Notes under the pieces: model-generated
The model's input: only the letters and a program-made list of their open reading frames with translations
What the model was told of the DNA's origin: nothing
Databases searched by the model: none
Part shown: in pieces, positions 1 to 8,748 of the stretch
Layout: each line of letters starts with the position of its first letter
How positions within the stretch are numbered: position 1 is the stretch's first letter
Made by a program: the position numbers and the translations under genes
Assembly: GCA_036339735.1 (NCBI GenBank)
Contig: JAYZAL010000037.1
Location: 1 to 19,931, forward strand
Source: Candidatus Poribacteria bacterium
Lineage (GTDB): Bacteria > Poribacteria > WGA-4E > UBA9662
DNA length: 19,931 nucleotides
Direction of reading: 5' to 3'

Positions 1-3
1 TAA

Positions 4-1284
4 TTAGAAATCAAGACTCGCAGCTCCTATCCACCAATCGCTCTGTAGGTTGCTATATCGGGCAATTTCCAGATGGATGAATTTTAGTAAACGAAGATCC
101 CCCCCCATGGTTAAAAAACCCTGATTATTACCAACTCGCAAGCCAGCCTCAATAAACTGGTCAGGCAACAAACGGACCTCAGCCCCTAAATGAAGGTTGT
201 CACTTAGCTGATCTAAGGCATAACCACCCAAGGCATCGTCACCATTAGGGTCATCATATGTAGCTGCAAGGGTCATATCTAACAGAGTATTGGTTTTTTT
301 TAGCAAGTTCAAAGGTCGTACCGCCATTGAAATAGCGACATTGGGTGGAAATGTCTCTTCACCACCAATACCTCCAACTAAGTTCCGACCAACCACACCC
401 AAATTCAGCCCATCAAATGGTATGACAATTGTACCGAAGTCAATACTATAGCCAAACTTGCGGTCAATATTTTCTTGAATGAAATCGGCAACACTTTGGT
501 TGGGACCTAGATCGAAATATTCTTCCGTAAATTGCTTAGGGTTAAGAAGATCTGAAATCGTAAAAGGATCATCTACATCGCTAAATTCGCCCCTACCAAT
601 TAGGCGGGCTGTAGTACCAAAATGAACAGATTTGAGAAACGGCTGGTTTAAATCTACACGATAAGCTAGAGAAGTAGCCAAAGCACCTTGACCCACTGAT
701 CGGTAGATAATTTCATCATCCAACATCTGTAGGATTGGATCCGGCCAAGGAACTCCTTTTTTAGCTAAACGAAACTCAGTCAAGGTTTGGAAGTAGAGAG
801 ACAAACCGAGAGCCATCTGTTTATCAACCATAGGAACAGATAAACCAAAACCGAGAAAATCGATGTTAACTCCTAGATGCTTTGAAGACAAATTACCAAC
901 TTCTTCTACTAATTTTGACCTAGCTGATGCTACTGTTGGGTCAAACAGTGGGTTAGTAGAATTGGTTAACGGAGAAACAACATCATCGAGAAAGTTTTCC
1001 ATACTCAATGCTTGGTCGAAAATATCTTGTGTTATTCCTCCTCTAATTGGTAACAACTGAAAGGAAAATTTGTTGATTTGCGTTAAACCTGCTGGGTTAT
1101 AATGAATAGCTGAAAGGTCATTAGCAATAGCTTCATAGGCATTTCCCAAACTAGCAGGTCTCAATCCTCGATACAAAAACAGTGGTGTTTCACCGGCTGA
1201 AACTAGACCTGGCAAACATAGAAAAAAAATAGAGAAGCCTAAAACTGTTAGTCTCAAAAAGGCTGCTAATTTTTGATAGCTCAT
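4..1284 (-). CDS. Outer-membrane beta-barrel protein, TraF/PorV/FadL-like family
   Basis: Signal peptide (…FFLCLPGLVSA). N-terminal GLRPASLGNAYEAIANDLSAIHYNPAGL matches the 'R..gmG.a..a.a.d.sa..yNPAGL' signature of TraF/PorV/FadL-type barrels. Alternating amphipathic strands at the C-terminus (LHLGAEVRLL, EAGLRVG, FLTMGGDLRL) and a terminal Phe. AAGGAG RBS overlaps the upstream stop codon. Confidence 0.8.
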   Translation of the reverse strand: MSYQKLAAFLRLTVLGFSIFFLCLPGLVSAGETPLFLYRGLRPASLGNAYEAIANDLSAIHYNPAGLTQINKFSFQLLPIRGGITQDIFDQALSMENFLDDVVSPLTNSTNPLFDPTVASARSKLVEEVGNLSSKHLGVNIDFLGFGLSVPMVDKQMALGLSLYFQTLTEFRLAKKGVPWPDPILQMLDDEIIYRSVGQGALATSLAYRVDLNQPFLKSVHFGTTARLIGRGEFSDVDDPFTISDLLNPKQFTEEYFDLGPNQSVADFIQENIDRKFGYSIDFGTIVIPFDGLNLGVVGRNLVGGIGGEETFPPNVAISMAVRPLNLLKKTNTLLDMTLAATYDDPNGDDALGGYALDQLSDNLHLGAEVRLLPDQFIEAGLRVGNNQGFLTMGGDLRLLKFIHLEIARYSNLQSDWWIGAASLDF

Positions 1285-1297
1285 GTTCTACAACTCC

Positions 1298-2245
1298 TTA
1301 TTGACTCACCAGTTGACGGATTCGAGCTTCAACTTCGTCTCGGTTACCGATCGAAAAGCCCCATTTACTGACTTTGTCGAGTAACTTGTTTGTAAATATA
1401 TCAGCCACATTTTTATTTAGATTTTGAATTGATGTCGCCAAATCGGGTGCCAATTGCTTCGCCATTTTTAGACCTTGGTCTAAATGGTATAATGCGTCTT
1501 GCCTACTAATTCTTCGATCTATTAAAGTCGCCTGGTTTTGAATTAACTTCCCGTATATATCTTTGGTACCTGGTTGTTCTATAACTCTAATTCTAGCACT
1601 AGTCAAAAGTGTTACAGCATCAATAATGACTTGCCGCTGTTTCATACTAAATTGAAGAAGGTATTCTTCGGGCTGCAAATTATCAAATTGTTTTTTTGCT
1701 GATTCACTCAGGTGAAAATCGTATTGCCCCTCAATAAAGTCAATCTCGAACAGATCTCCTTTTTCAGTTTGTAACTTACGTAAGGCATCTGACAGATAGA
1801 AATGAGCTAAATTGACGTGCATCAAAATTTGATCAGTCTTGGAAAGAATGGAGTTATTTACTACTTGAAATGGACTAGCTGTTATCGCGACATCAGTCAT
1901 AATAGGTGTTTCATCGCCCGAAGCATCTAGTACCAAATACATCGCAGCTATCGCATCTTGAATGGCAGGCTCAGGGATGTTCTCAAGCTCTTCTGGACTG
2001 GCTAAAATGGTTTCCAGATTACCTAAATCACCAAGTTCTGACAGATCAATACCTAAACCCGTTTTATCTATGGCCGACTGTGCTATAGAAAATGCCTCTT
2101 GCACCTCGACTTCTCTGGGATCTTCATCTCCTAAGATTGGTCGTTCGACTCGGTCTTCTGGGCTGGCACACCCTAAGCATAAGCCTACCAGTAAACAACC
2201 AACGAAAAGTTTAAGTTTTCGAGGCCATTTGTTGATTTGGGTCAT
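1298..2245 (-). CDS. Hypothetical lipoprotein (acidic, probably helical)
   Basis: 315-aa ORF. Basic N-terminus, hydrophobic stretch and lipobox-like CLG-C. GGAG RBS. Lies 13 bp from the barrel gene and 32 bp from the M23 gene on the same strand. Confidence 0.7.
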   Translation of the reverse strand: MTQINKWPRKLKLFVGCLLVGLCLGCASPEDRVERPILGDEDPREVEVQEAFSIAQSAIDKTGLGIDLSELGDLGNLETILASPEELENIPEPAIQDAIAAMYLVLDASGDETPIMTDVAITASPFQVVNNSILSKTDQILMHVNLAHFYLSDALRKLQTEKGDLFEIDFIEGQYDFHLSESAKKQFDNLQPEEYLLQFSMKQRQVIIDAVTLLTSARIRVIEQPGTKDIYGKLIQNQATLIDRRISRQDALYHLDQGLKMAKQLAPDLATSIQNLNKNVADIFTNKLLDKVSKWGFSIGNRDEVEARIRQLVSQ

Positions 2246-2277
2246 ATTACTTTCTCCCTGGAGTAATTAAAATTGGG

Positions 2278-3405
2278 TCAACGTTCTAGGTGATCAATCG
2301 GGTTTAGAACTTTTTGGCCTTTTCGTATTTCAAAGTGAAGGTGTGGACCTGTGGAAAGACCAGTACTACCAACTTGTGCGATTTTTTGTCCTTGTCGAAC
2401 ATGTTGACCTTCTCTGACCAAAATTCGAGAGTTATGAGCATATCTTGTTTCATATCCACCAACGTGTTCGAGAATTACTAACTTTCCATATCCACCCATA
2501 ACACCACTGAAGGCAACTCGACCACTGGCTGAGGCCCGAACGTTAGTTCCGGTCTTAGCAGCTATATCTAACCCTTTATGCAATCGCCTACGTTTCAAGA
2601 CAGGATGAATACGATAGCCATACCCGTCAGACATACGCCCCTTAACGGGCAAAATAAACCTAGGGTTGACAGTTTTTCCCGTCAAACGTCTCTTAAGCCT
2701 TTCTCTTACTTGGCGATTAGTTAATTTTGCTCCCGGCAAGAACAAATCGGTATTAGCTTGAATAAAGTCAGGGTCCTGAATAGAATTAGCTGAGATAATT
2801 ACCGATAATCCAACTTGGTAACGTATAGCTATATCTTCTAGTGTTTCGTTCTTGACGACCGTATGTAAAATACCTCTGGTACTGGGAATACGAATTTTTT
2901 GCCCTTTTTTAATTAAGTTAGCATTTTTGAGTTTATTGAAAGTTAATAGTGTATATATGTCTAAGTTATTTCGGTCTGCAATTTTCCACAGACTATCGTT
3001 CTCTTTGATATGATAGATTTTTGGTGCGACAGAAGGTCGATTAGCTGGGGATTCAGTAATTGATTTGGTTATTCTTTCTGAAGGGTTAACATCCTCCTGT
3101 CGGTTTCCTTCCGGGATGTTTTTTACGTCGAATGTTTTTTGAGGGGCAACTTCAGGTACAACGTCTAGAGGACTAGGAAATGTAGAGCTATTTGACACTT
3201 CTGGTGTATTGTTACCGGTACTCGAATCCAATTCAAATTTTGACCTAAAGTTGGTCTCATTACCCAATATAGTAGCTAAATCAACCTGGTCAGTTGTATC
3301 GATCGTCTGGTCGATAGCCGAAGTGTCTCTAACTTTAGAGATAAGAATTAAGCTAAGTGCTATAATTACGGACGCCCAAACCAATAGTTGACGACGAGTG
3401 GACAT
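2278..3405 (-). CDS. LysM-domain M23 metallopeptidase (NlpD/MepM-like murein endopeptidase)
   Basis: N-terminal TM/signal segment, low-complexity linker, two LysM repeats (YHIKENDSLWKIA…IRIP; HTVVKNETLEDIA…LFLP). M23 Zn motifs HKGLD (HxxxD), RYAH and STGPHLHFE (HxH) are intact. AAGGAG RBS. Confidence 0.93.
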   Translation of the reverse strand: MSTRRQLLVWASVIIALSLILISKVRDTSAIDQTIDTTDQVDLATILGNETNFRSKFELDSSTGNNTPEVSNSSTFPSPLDVVPEVAPQKTFDVKNIPEGNRQEDVNPSERITKSITESPANRPSVAPKIYHIKENDSLWKIADRNNLDIYTLLTFNKLKNANLIKKGQKIRIPSTRGILHTVVKNETLEDIAIRYQVGLSVIISANSIQDPDFIQANTDLFLPGAKLTNRQVRERLKRRLTGKTVNPRFILPVKGRMSDGYGYRIHPVLKRRRLHKGLDIAAKTGTNVRASASGRVAFSGVMGGYGKLVILEHVGGYETRYAHNSRILVREGQHVRQGQKIAQVGSTGLSTGPHLHFEIRKGQKVLNPIDHLER

Positions 3406-3642
3406 ACACTCGGACTCCTTTAAAGTACAATTAACTTAGTTTAGTGAACCAAATCATTGGTTTAATATGGTGTAATGTACAGACAAATCTCTGTGTAGTC
3501 GGTCTTTGTACAAAATAGAGCAACAGAGACAGCGATAAATACGATGATTGATGTTCAGAGTTACACTAAATTATCATTTGATTTGACACAGCTTGGTGCT
3601 GAATCAGCGGAAAAATTGAATTTTCAAGAATAATTTACAGTA

Positions 3643-6600
3643 ATGAAAACTTATACCCAAATGCCGAAGATTGTTTCGAGAGAAAGCAAGAATCAGATAT
3701 TTTATCCTTATTATTCGGTCATCATTTTTATTTTTTCGTTGGCGTTATCAATCAGGGTCGATGGAGCTATCGATCCGGTGTTTGTTTGGAAATTTAACCA
3801 AAGTTCTGGAACGGTAGCAATTGAATCAAAAACAGGACATGATGGGATAATTTTAGGTAGTCCTCAATGGGTAGACAGACCAGTTGACGATGATGTTGGT
3901 AATAAGGCCCTTCGATTTGATGGTATAAACGACTATGTGTCAGTACCTAATCATAATTTGATAAATACAGGAGGCCCTTGGTCTAGTAAAACCATTGTTA
4001 TCATATTTAAAGCGGCTGATACTTCAATAGCCAATAAGCAAATCCTTTATGAGCAAGGAGGCAATATTCGTGGTTTGAACATTTATATAGAAAATGGAAG
4101 ATTGTATGCTGGAGGATGGAATCAAAATCCAAGTGAAAGTAACTGGTCTGGAGAATGGGCTTCTACTCCAATTGAGTCTGATGTTTGGTATGAAGTTGCA
4201 CTGGTGTTAAGAAAGACTACTGATATTGTATCTTCGGACAAATTAGAATTATGGTTGGATGGTGAACTGAGAGCAACCGCTGCCGGCGGTAAACTATATA
4301 GTCATAGTGGAAACATTGGGATCGGAAATATCAATCAGTGGACAGAATTTCCCGACGGTGAATCCAACGACAACAAATTTTTTCAAGGTCAGATTGATGA
4401 AATTCGTCTTTATAATGATGTCTTGTTTGCAATTAGAGTTGAACCGACGTCTCTCACATTTACAGAAACGGTCGGTTTTGCTAATACATCATCGATTTCT
4501 ACAAACCTGCCTCCCAATTTAGACAGCGATTATTCACCTAACGAAGTGATTATAAAAATTGTGAATAACTCCTTGATTAGTAACCCAGAACAGTCGAATG
4601 GGACTAATTTCACGAACTCACCATCTCTCAACCAGCTTTGTGAAGAATTATCGGTAAGTCGAGTAACATCTGTTTTTGGTACACGACTTGGCTCATTAGG
4701 AAGTTTCTACCGGCTGGAGTTCGATTTGAACCAACCCTTATCAGATGTAATTGAGACCCTAGTGCAACACGAGCTGATTGAATTAGCACAACCCAACTAT
4801 ATCTATCGTCAGAAATTGATTCCCAATGATATCAATTATTCAAGCCAATGGGGATTGGCGCAAGTTAATGCTACCGACGGCTGGGATTATGAAACAGGTT
4901 CTTCCAATAATATAGTGGTGGCTATCATTGATTCAGGTATAGATTATAACCACGCAGATTTAACTACTAACATATGGAAAAACCTTGGGGAAATACCAGA
5001 AAACGAGATTGATGATGACGGAAATGGGTATATCGACGATGTATATGGTTGGGATTTTCATTCAATTCCTGAAGATAACCAGCCCAACGAAGGTGAGCAT
5101 GGTACTCACGTTGCTGGGATTGTAGGTGCTATATCTAACAATAATCAAGGTATCGCCGGAGTTATGTGGAGTTGTCAACTGATGGCAGTTCGGGTACTTG
5201 GAGATCAAGGTTCTTCAGATGAAGGTGGTTATACAAGTAATATTGCCAAAGGAATCACTTATGCGGTTCATAATGGAGCTAACATCATTAATATGAGCTT
5301 AGGCGCAGATTCGAATGATTTCACGCTTAAGCAAGCCATTGATTATGCTTACTCTCAAGGTATAGTACTTGTGGCAGCCGCTGGTAACGATAACACCACG
5401 ATAGAGAGTTACCCAGCAGCTTACGATAATGTAATATCTGTAGGTGCGACTGACACCAATAATAGTAGAGCTAATTTTTCTAATTATGGTAGTTGGGTTG
5501 ATATTGTCGCACCCGGAGTTGATATTCTCAGTACCGTAAATGGTTCTGATGGATATGGAAATAAAAGTGGTACTTCAATGTCTACTCCATTCGTCAGTGG
5601 TTTAGCTGGCCTTATTTTGGCTAAGAACCCATTGCTAAGTCCTAATCAAGTAACTAATACTATTCGGCAAAGCGCAGACCAGATCGAATGGATGACCGGC
5701 GAATTCATTGGTAGAATCAATGTTGAATCAGCTCTAAAGTATCAGGGTAATATTATAATATTCAACGATAGTAATGAAGGATTAAACATTTCAAGTATTT
5801 CTCTTGACAGCGGAAACGACTGGTTAGACCCAAGTATATCCTCCACTTCTATCCCAGCAGGTGGGTCTGTATCGGTTGGATTATCTTTAATATTAGGTGG
5901 AATGGATACTGGTACTTATAGTGATCAACTCATAATTCAATCCAATAATAGTCTTCCCTCAGTTTCATTTATTGATGTTTCGCTACAATTACAGAATTCC
6001 GCCCCGGTTATCACTTCTTTAACGGCAGAGACCAACCCATTACCAGAAAACCAAACTACTAATTTATCAATAGTCGCTCATGATAGTGACAACCATACAC
6101 TAAGTTTTGACTGGTCAGCTAGTCAAGGTCAACTCAGTAGTACAACTGGTCAATCAGTTACTTATACCCCACCGGATGTAGATCAAAATATAGCAGTTAC
6201 TATTGCTGCTACGGCAACTGATGGACATGGTGGAATAGCTACAGAAACACTGATTTTGAATATACAAACGGTCGATATTAATATCACCCCAGATCTGTTT
6301 GTTGGCTTTAATCTTTTAGCATTCCCAATTGACTCCAATACCAATCATACTGCACACACTTTACTAAATGAGATTACTAATGCTAGCTCAATTATGGAAT
6401 GGAAAGCCGACACTCAAAGCTGGAGTCAATCTTTTAAGGCTGGAAATAATAATCTGGGTGAAGATTTTAACATCCAACCCAACCAAGGATACTTGATAGA
6501 AATCGAGGAACCAACGGACTGGAGTTTTACTGGAGACCCCATTGTTACTCCGGCAACACTACAGCTCAAAGCGGGATTGAACTTAATTAGTATCCCTTAC

Positions 6601-7764
6601 CCTACTAGTTTGACAGCCAGTGGGGTCTTATCTACTATTCCAAACGGCCAAGTCTTGACCAGTTGGGAGTCATCTACCCAATCGTGGCGCTCTGTTTTTA
6701 AGACAGATGGTACGGTTCAAGGTAACGATTTCCCACTACATGGCGATAGAGGCTATTTTATTGGCGTTCCTCAGGATGTTTCTTGGACTCCCACGTCCCT
6801 CAGCGCCCCAGCAGTAGATCGGTATACCCAAACTGTCCTCAATCAGATATTACTTTCAGGTAATATTAATAAAATACAGGACCTAACTGTGGGGAATTTA
6901 ACGGCGTCCTCAGCCACGTTAGTTTTTCGCACAGACGCAGCTGGGAAAAGCCAACTTAAGTGGCGATCAATAGACGATAAGGTTTGGCACACAAAAACTG
7001 TAGACCAAGTTAGCAGAAGACAAAACCACTACCTGAATCTATCGGACCTAAGGCCAAATCATACCTATCTGATTCAAGCTGAAGTTTTTGGTCAAAATGA
7101 ACAAATCAAAAGAAGTGAAGTTATAAATTTCACGACTACATCCATCAACACTGGTCGACCAAAGGTGATTTTTGGTCAAGTTCTGTATCCTAATGGCCAG
7201 CCCAAAGTTGACGAACTAGTCATTTTAACAGCAAAAAAAGCACAGTTAATGATATCCAAGACAGACAAAAATGGATATTGGAACCTTAATCTTGGTAATA
7301 TGAAAACGCTAACCGGTCAGGCCTTCACGGACCTTAACGAAGTTTATTTTTCGCTATTGGGTAGCAATAAAATTTACCGACAAGTAGTCAAGGATTTGAT
7401 AATACAACAATCATCCACCATGTATTCCAATAGATACGAAGCAAATCAAGTGATGACGCAGGTTCAGCCTAACAAAACTAAAGTTGACCAAAACTACCCT
7501 AACCCTTTCAATCCCGAAACATGGATTCCCTTTCAATTACATACACCATCAACAGTTTATATAGAGATTTACAACTCGATTGGGAATATCGTTCGTCGGT
7601 TAGAATTGGGTCATTTACCCAGCGGCCTCTATCATAATAAGAAACGGTCCGGCTATTGGGACGGTTTGGATCAGACAGGAAAACCAGTGGCAAGTGGAAT
7701 ATATTTCTATATTTTGAAAGCGAACGGTTACCAAGAAAGCCGAAAAATGGTGGTTTTGAAATGA
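3643..7764 (+). CDS. Secreted multidomain S8 (subtilisin-like) serine protease: LamG-like domain, prodomain, S8, Ig/PKD-like domains, two ~80-aa repeats, FN3-like domain, C-terminal FlgD-Ig/T9SS-type-A-like sorting domain
   Basis: Catalytic triad IIDSGID (D430), HGTHVAG (H486), GTSMSTP (S645) and oxyanion AAGND. Ca-loop DDDGNGYIDD. LamG hallmarks ALRFDGINDYV and FFQGQIDEIRLYN. Tail NYPNPFNPETWIPFQL…WDGLDQTGKPVASGIYFY…RKMVVLK. The start could instead be the ATG at 3661. Confidence 0.93.
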   Translation: MKTYTQMPKIVSRESKNQIFYPYYSVIIFIFSLALSIRVDGAIDPVFVWKFNQSSGTVAIESKTGHDGIILGSPQWVDRPVDDDVGNKALRFDGINDYVSVPNHNLINTGGPWSSKTIVIIFKAADTSIANKQILYEQGGNIRGLNIYIENGRLYAGGWNQNPSESNWSGEWASTPIESDVWYEVALVLRKTTDIVSSDKLELWLDGELRATAAGGKLYSHSGNIGIGNINQWTEFPDGESNDNKFFQGQIDEIRLYNDVLFAIRVEPTSLTFTETVGFANTSSISTNLPPNLDSDYSPNEVIIKIVNNSLISNPEQSNGTNFTNSPSLNQLCEELSVSRVTSVFGTRLGSLGSFYRLEFDLNQPLSDVIETLVQHELIELAQPNYIYRQKLIPNDINYSSQWGLAQVNATDGWDYETGSSNNIVVAIIDSGIDYNHADLTTNIWKNLGEIPENEIDDDGNGYIDDVYGWDFHSIPEDNQPNEGEHGTHVAGIVGAISNNNQGIAGVMWSCQLMAVRVLGDQGSSDEGGYTSNIAKGITYAVHNGANIINMSLGADSNDFTLKQAIDYAYSQGIVLVAAAGNDNTTIESYPAAYDNVISVGATDTNNSRANFSNYGSWVDIVAPGVDILSTVNGSDGYGNKSGTSMSTPFVSGLAGLILAKNPLLSPNQVTNTIRQSADQIEWMTGEFIGRINVESALKYQGNIIIFNDSNEGLNISSISLDSGNDWLDPSISSTSIPAGGSVSVGLSLILGGMDTGTYSDQLIIQSNNSLPSVSFIDVSLQLQNSAPVITSLTAETNPLPENQTTNLSIVAHDSDNHTLSFDWSASQGQLSSTTGQSVTYTPPDVDQNIAVTIAATATDGHGGIATETLILNIQTVDINITPDLFVGFNLLAFPIDSNTNHTAHTLLNEITNASSIMEWKADTQSWSQSFKAGNNNLGEDFNIQPNQGYLIEIEEPTDWSFTGDPIVTPATLQLKAGLNLISIPYPTSLTASGVLSTIPNGQVLTSWESSTQSWRSVFKTDGTVQGNDFPLHGDRGYFIGVPQDVSWTPTSLSAPAVDRYTQTVLNQILLSGNINKIQDLTVGNLTASSATLVFRTDAAGKSQLKWRSIDDKVWHTKTVDQVSRRQNHYLNLSDLRPNHTYLIQAEVFGQNEQIKRSEVINFTTTSINTGRPKVIFGQVLYPNGQPKVDELVILTAKKAQLMISKTDKNGYWNLNLGNMKTLTGQAFTDLNEVYFSLLGSNKIYRQVVKDLIIQQSSTMYSNRYEANQVMTQVQPNKTKVDQNYPNPFNPETWIPFQLHTPSTVYIEIYNSIGNIVRRLELGHLPSGLYHNKKRSGYWDGLDQTGKPVASGIYFYILKANGYQESRKMVVLK
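6289..6792 (+). repeat. Two tandem ~80-aa protein-level repeats inside the S8 protease
   Basis: Repeat 1: LFVGFNLLAFP…WKADTQSWSQSFK…GEDFNIQPNQGYLIEIEEPTDW. Repeat 2: LKAGLNLISIP…WESSTQSWRSVFK…GNDFPLHGDRGYFIGVPQDVSW. Confidence 0.8.
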
Positions 7765-7771
7765 TCTGTCA

Positions 7772-8671
7772 TTACCGAACAAGTTTTTGAGCTATTCGAA
7801 TAGCTCCACAGACCGGTTCTTGCCGAATTAATTGAATAATTTTCTCTGGAAGTTGCTCTTGTAAAAAATGGACGAAACTCGGCTGGTTTTGGAAGACGCC
7901 TCCACTCAAAAACACTTCAGAATTGGTGGATAACTCAAGGCGACGTATGGCTGTCCGAATAGCAATTACTAAGGCTTTACCGGCTTTTTCGATGATCGAT
8001 TGTGCTACTTCATCACCTGTTTCCGCTGACTCAAACACCGAAATAGCTAATGCTGATATTTGGCTTTTACTTGCCGTACTGACCCATCTTACGAGCTGAT
8101 CCACTCTATCCAACGAGATTTGGGCTAAGATAAATTTTCGCAAAGTAGTTGGCCGTCGTCTACCATCGCTCATTTGAGTAATAGCTTTTAGACCTCGATG
8201 ACCAATATCATAGCCACTACCTTCGTCCCCGAGTAGGTGCCCCCAACCACCAACTCGAACCGATTCCCCTTCTGAATTTTGACCGTACACCATTGACCCT
8301 GTACCAGAAATTGTTAGGACACCTACACCTGATCGAATACCTGCAGTTAAAGCGATTTCTGCATCGTGTGTTAGAACAAATTGTTCAGGAACTCCGATTC
8401 TTTCACATAAACGATAGATCTTCTGATGATCTTCTGCTCGGCCAATGCCTGCCAAACCGAAACAAGCCGCCTGACAGTCAGTTGCGCGGATACCAATATT
8501 CTGTAGTAGTTGCTTCAGAATTGAACCTAATGTTGCTTCTACTTGTTCAATACCTACCACATGGTAATTTGTTGATGTGTCAGCTACTTTGGTTAAGTGA
8601 TTACCATTAATGTCAGCAACCACACCAATAGTTTGTGTACCACCACCATCAATACCAATTAGATAACTCAT
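7772..8671 (-). CDS. BadF/BadG/BcrA/BcrD ATPase-family sugar kinase (N-acetylglucosamine/N-acetylmuramate kinase-like)
   Basis: IGIDGGGTQT phosphate-1 motif, GLAG, THDA, ISGTGS, RVGGWGHLLGDEGSGYDIG and LSGGVF, all characteristic of NAGK/MurK/GspK-type kinases. Confidence 0.88.
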   Translation of the reverse strand: MSYLIGIDGGGTQTIGVVADINGNHLTKVADTSTNYHVVGIEQVEATLGSILKQLLQNIGIRATDCQAACFGLAGIGRAEDHQKIYRLCERIGVPEQFVLTHDAEIALTAGIRSGVGVLTISGTGSMVYGQNSEGESVRVGGWGHLLGDEGSGYDIGHRGLKAITQMSDGRRRPTTLRKFILAQISLDRVDQLVRWVSTASKSQISALAISVFESAETGDEVAQSIIEKAGKALVIAIRTAIRRLELSTNSEVFLSGGVFQNQPSFVHFLQEQLPEKIIQLIRQEPVCGAIRIAQKLVR

Positions 8672-8699
8672 TGACAGCTCATTATAAGTCAGATAGAAT
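8671..8699 (+). promoter_or_regulatory. Sigma70-type promoter for the YCF48-like gene
   Basis: TTGACA (8671-8676), 17-nt spacer, TAGAAT (8694-8699), 49 nt upstream of ATG 8749. Confidence 0.65.
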
Positions 8700-8748
8700 T
8701 AAGAACTCCGATCTTTTCCTATCCTACCATGGATGTCCTAACCTACCA

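Noticed and set aside
4-1284. TraF-like gene as evidence of a conjugative element
   Set aside because: No relaxase, VirB4/TraC, coupling protein, integrase or att-like repeats; the neighbours are ordinary chromosomal genes.
3447-3529. Short inverted repeats in the M23/S8 divergent region (AACCAA-N4-TTGGTT; TCTCTGT…ACAGAGA)
   Set aside because: Stems of 6-7 bp are expected by chance in AT-rich DNA, and I recognise no operator or terminator pattern.
8635-8748. N-terminal 38-aa extension of the YCF48-like ORF given by the ORF track
   Set aside because: It overlaps the divergent kinase gene and the predicted promoter; the lipoprotein signal begins at ATG 8749.
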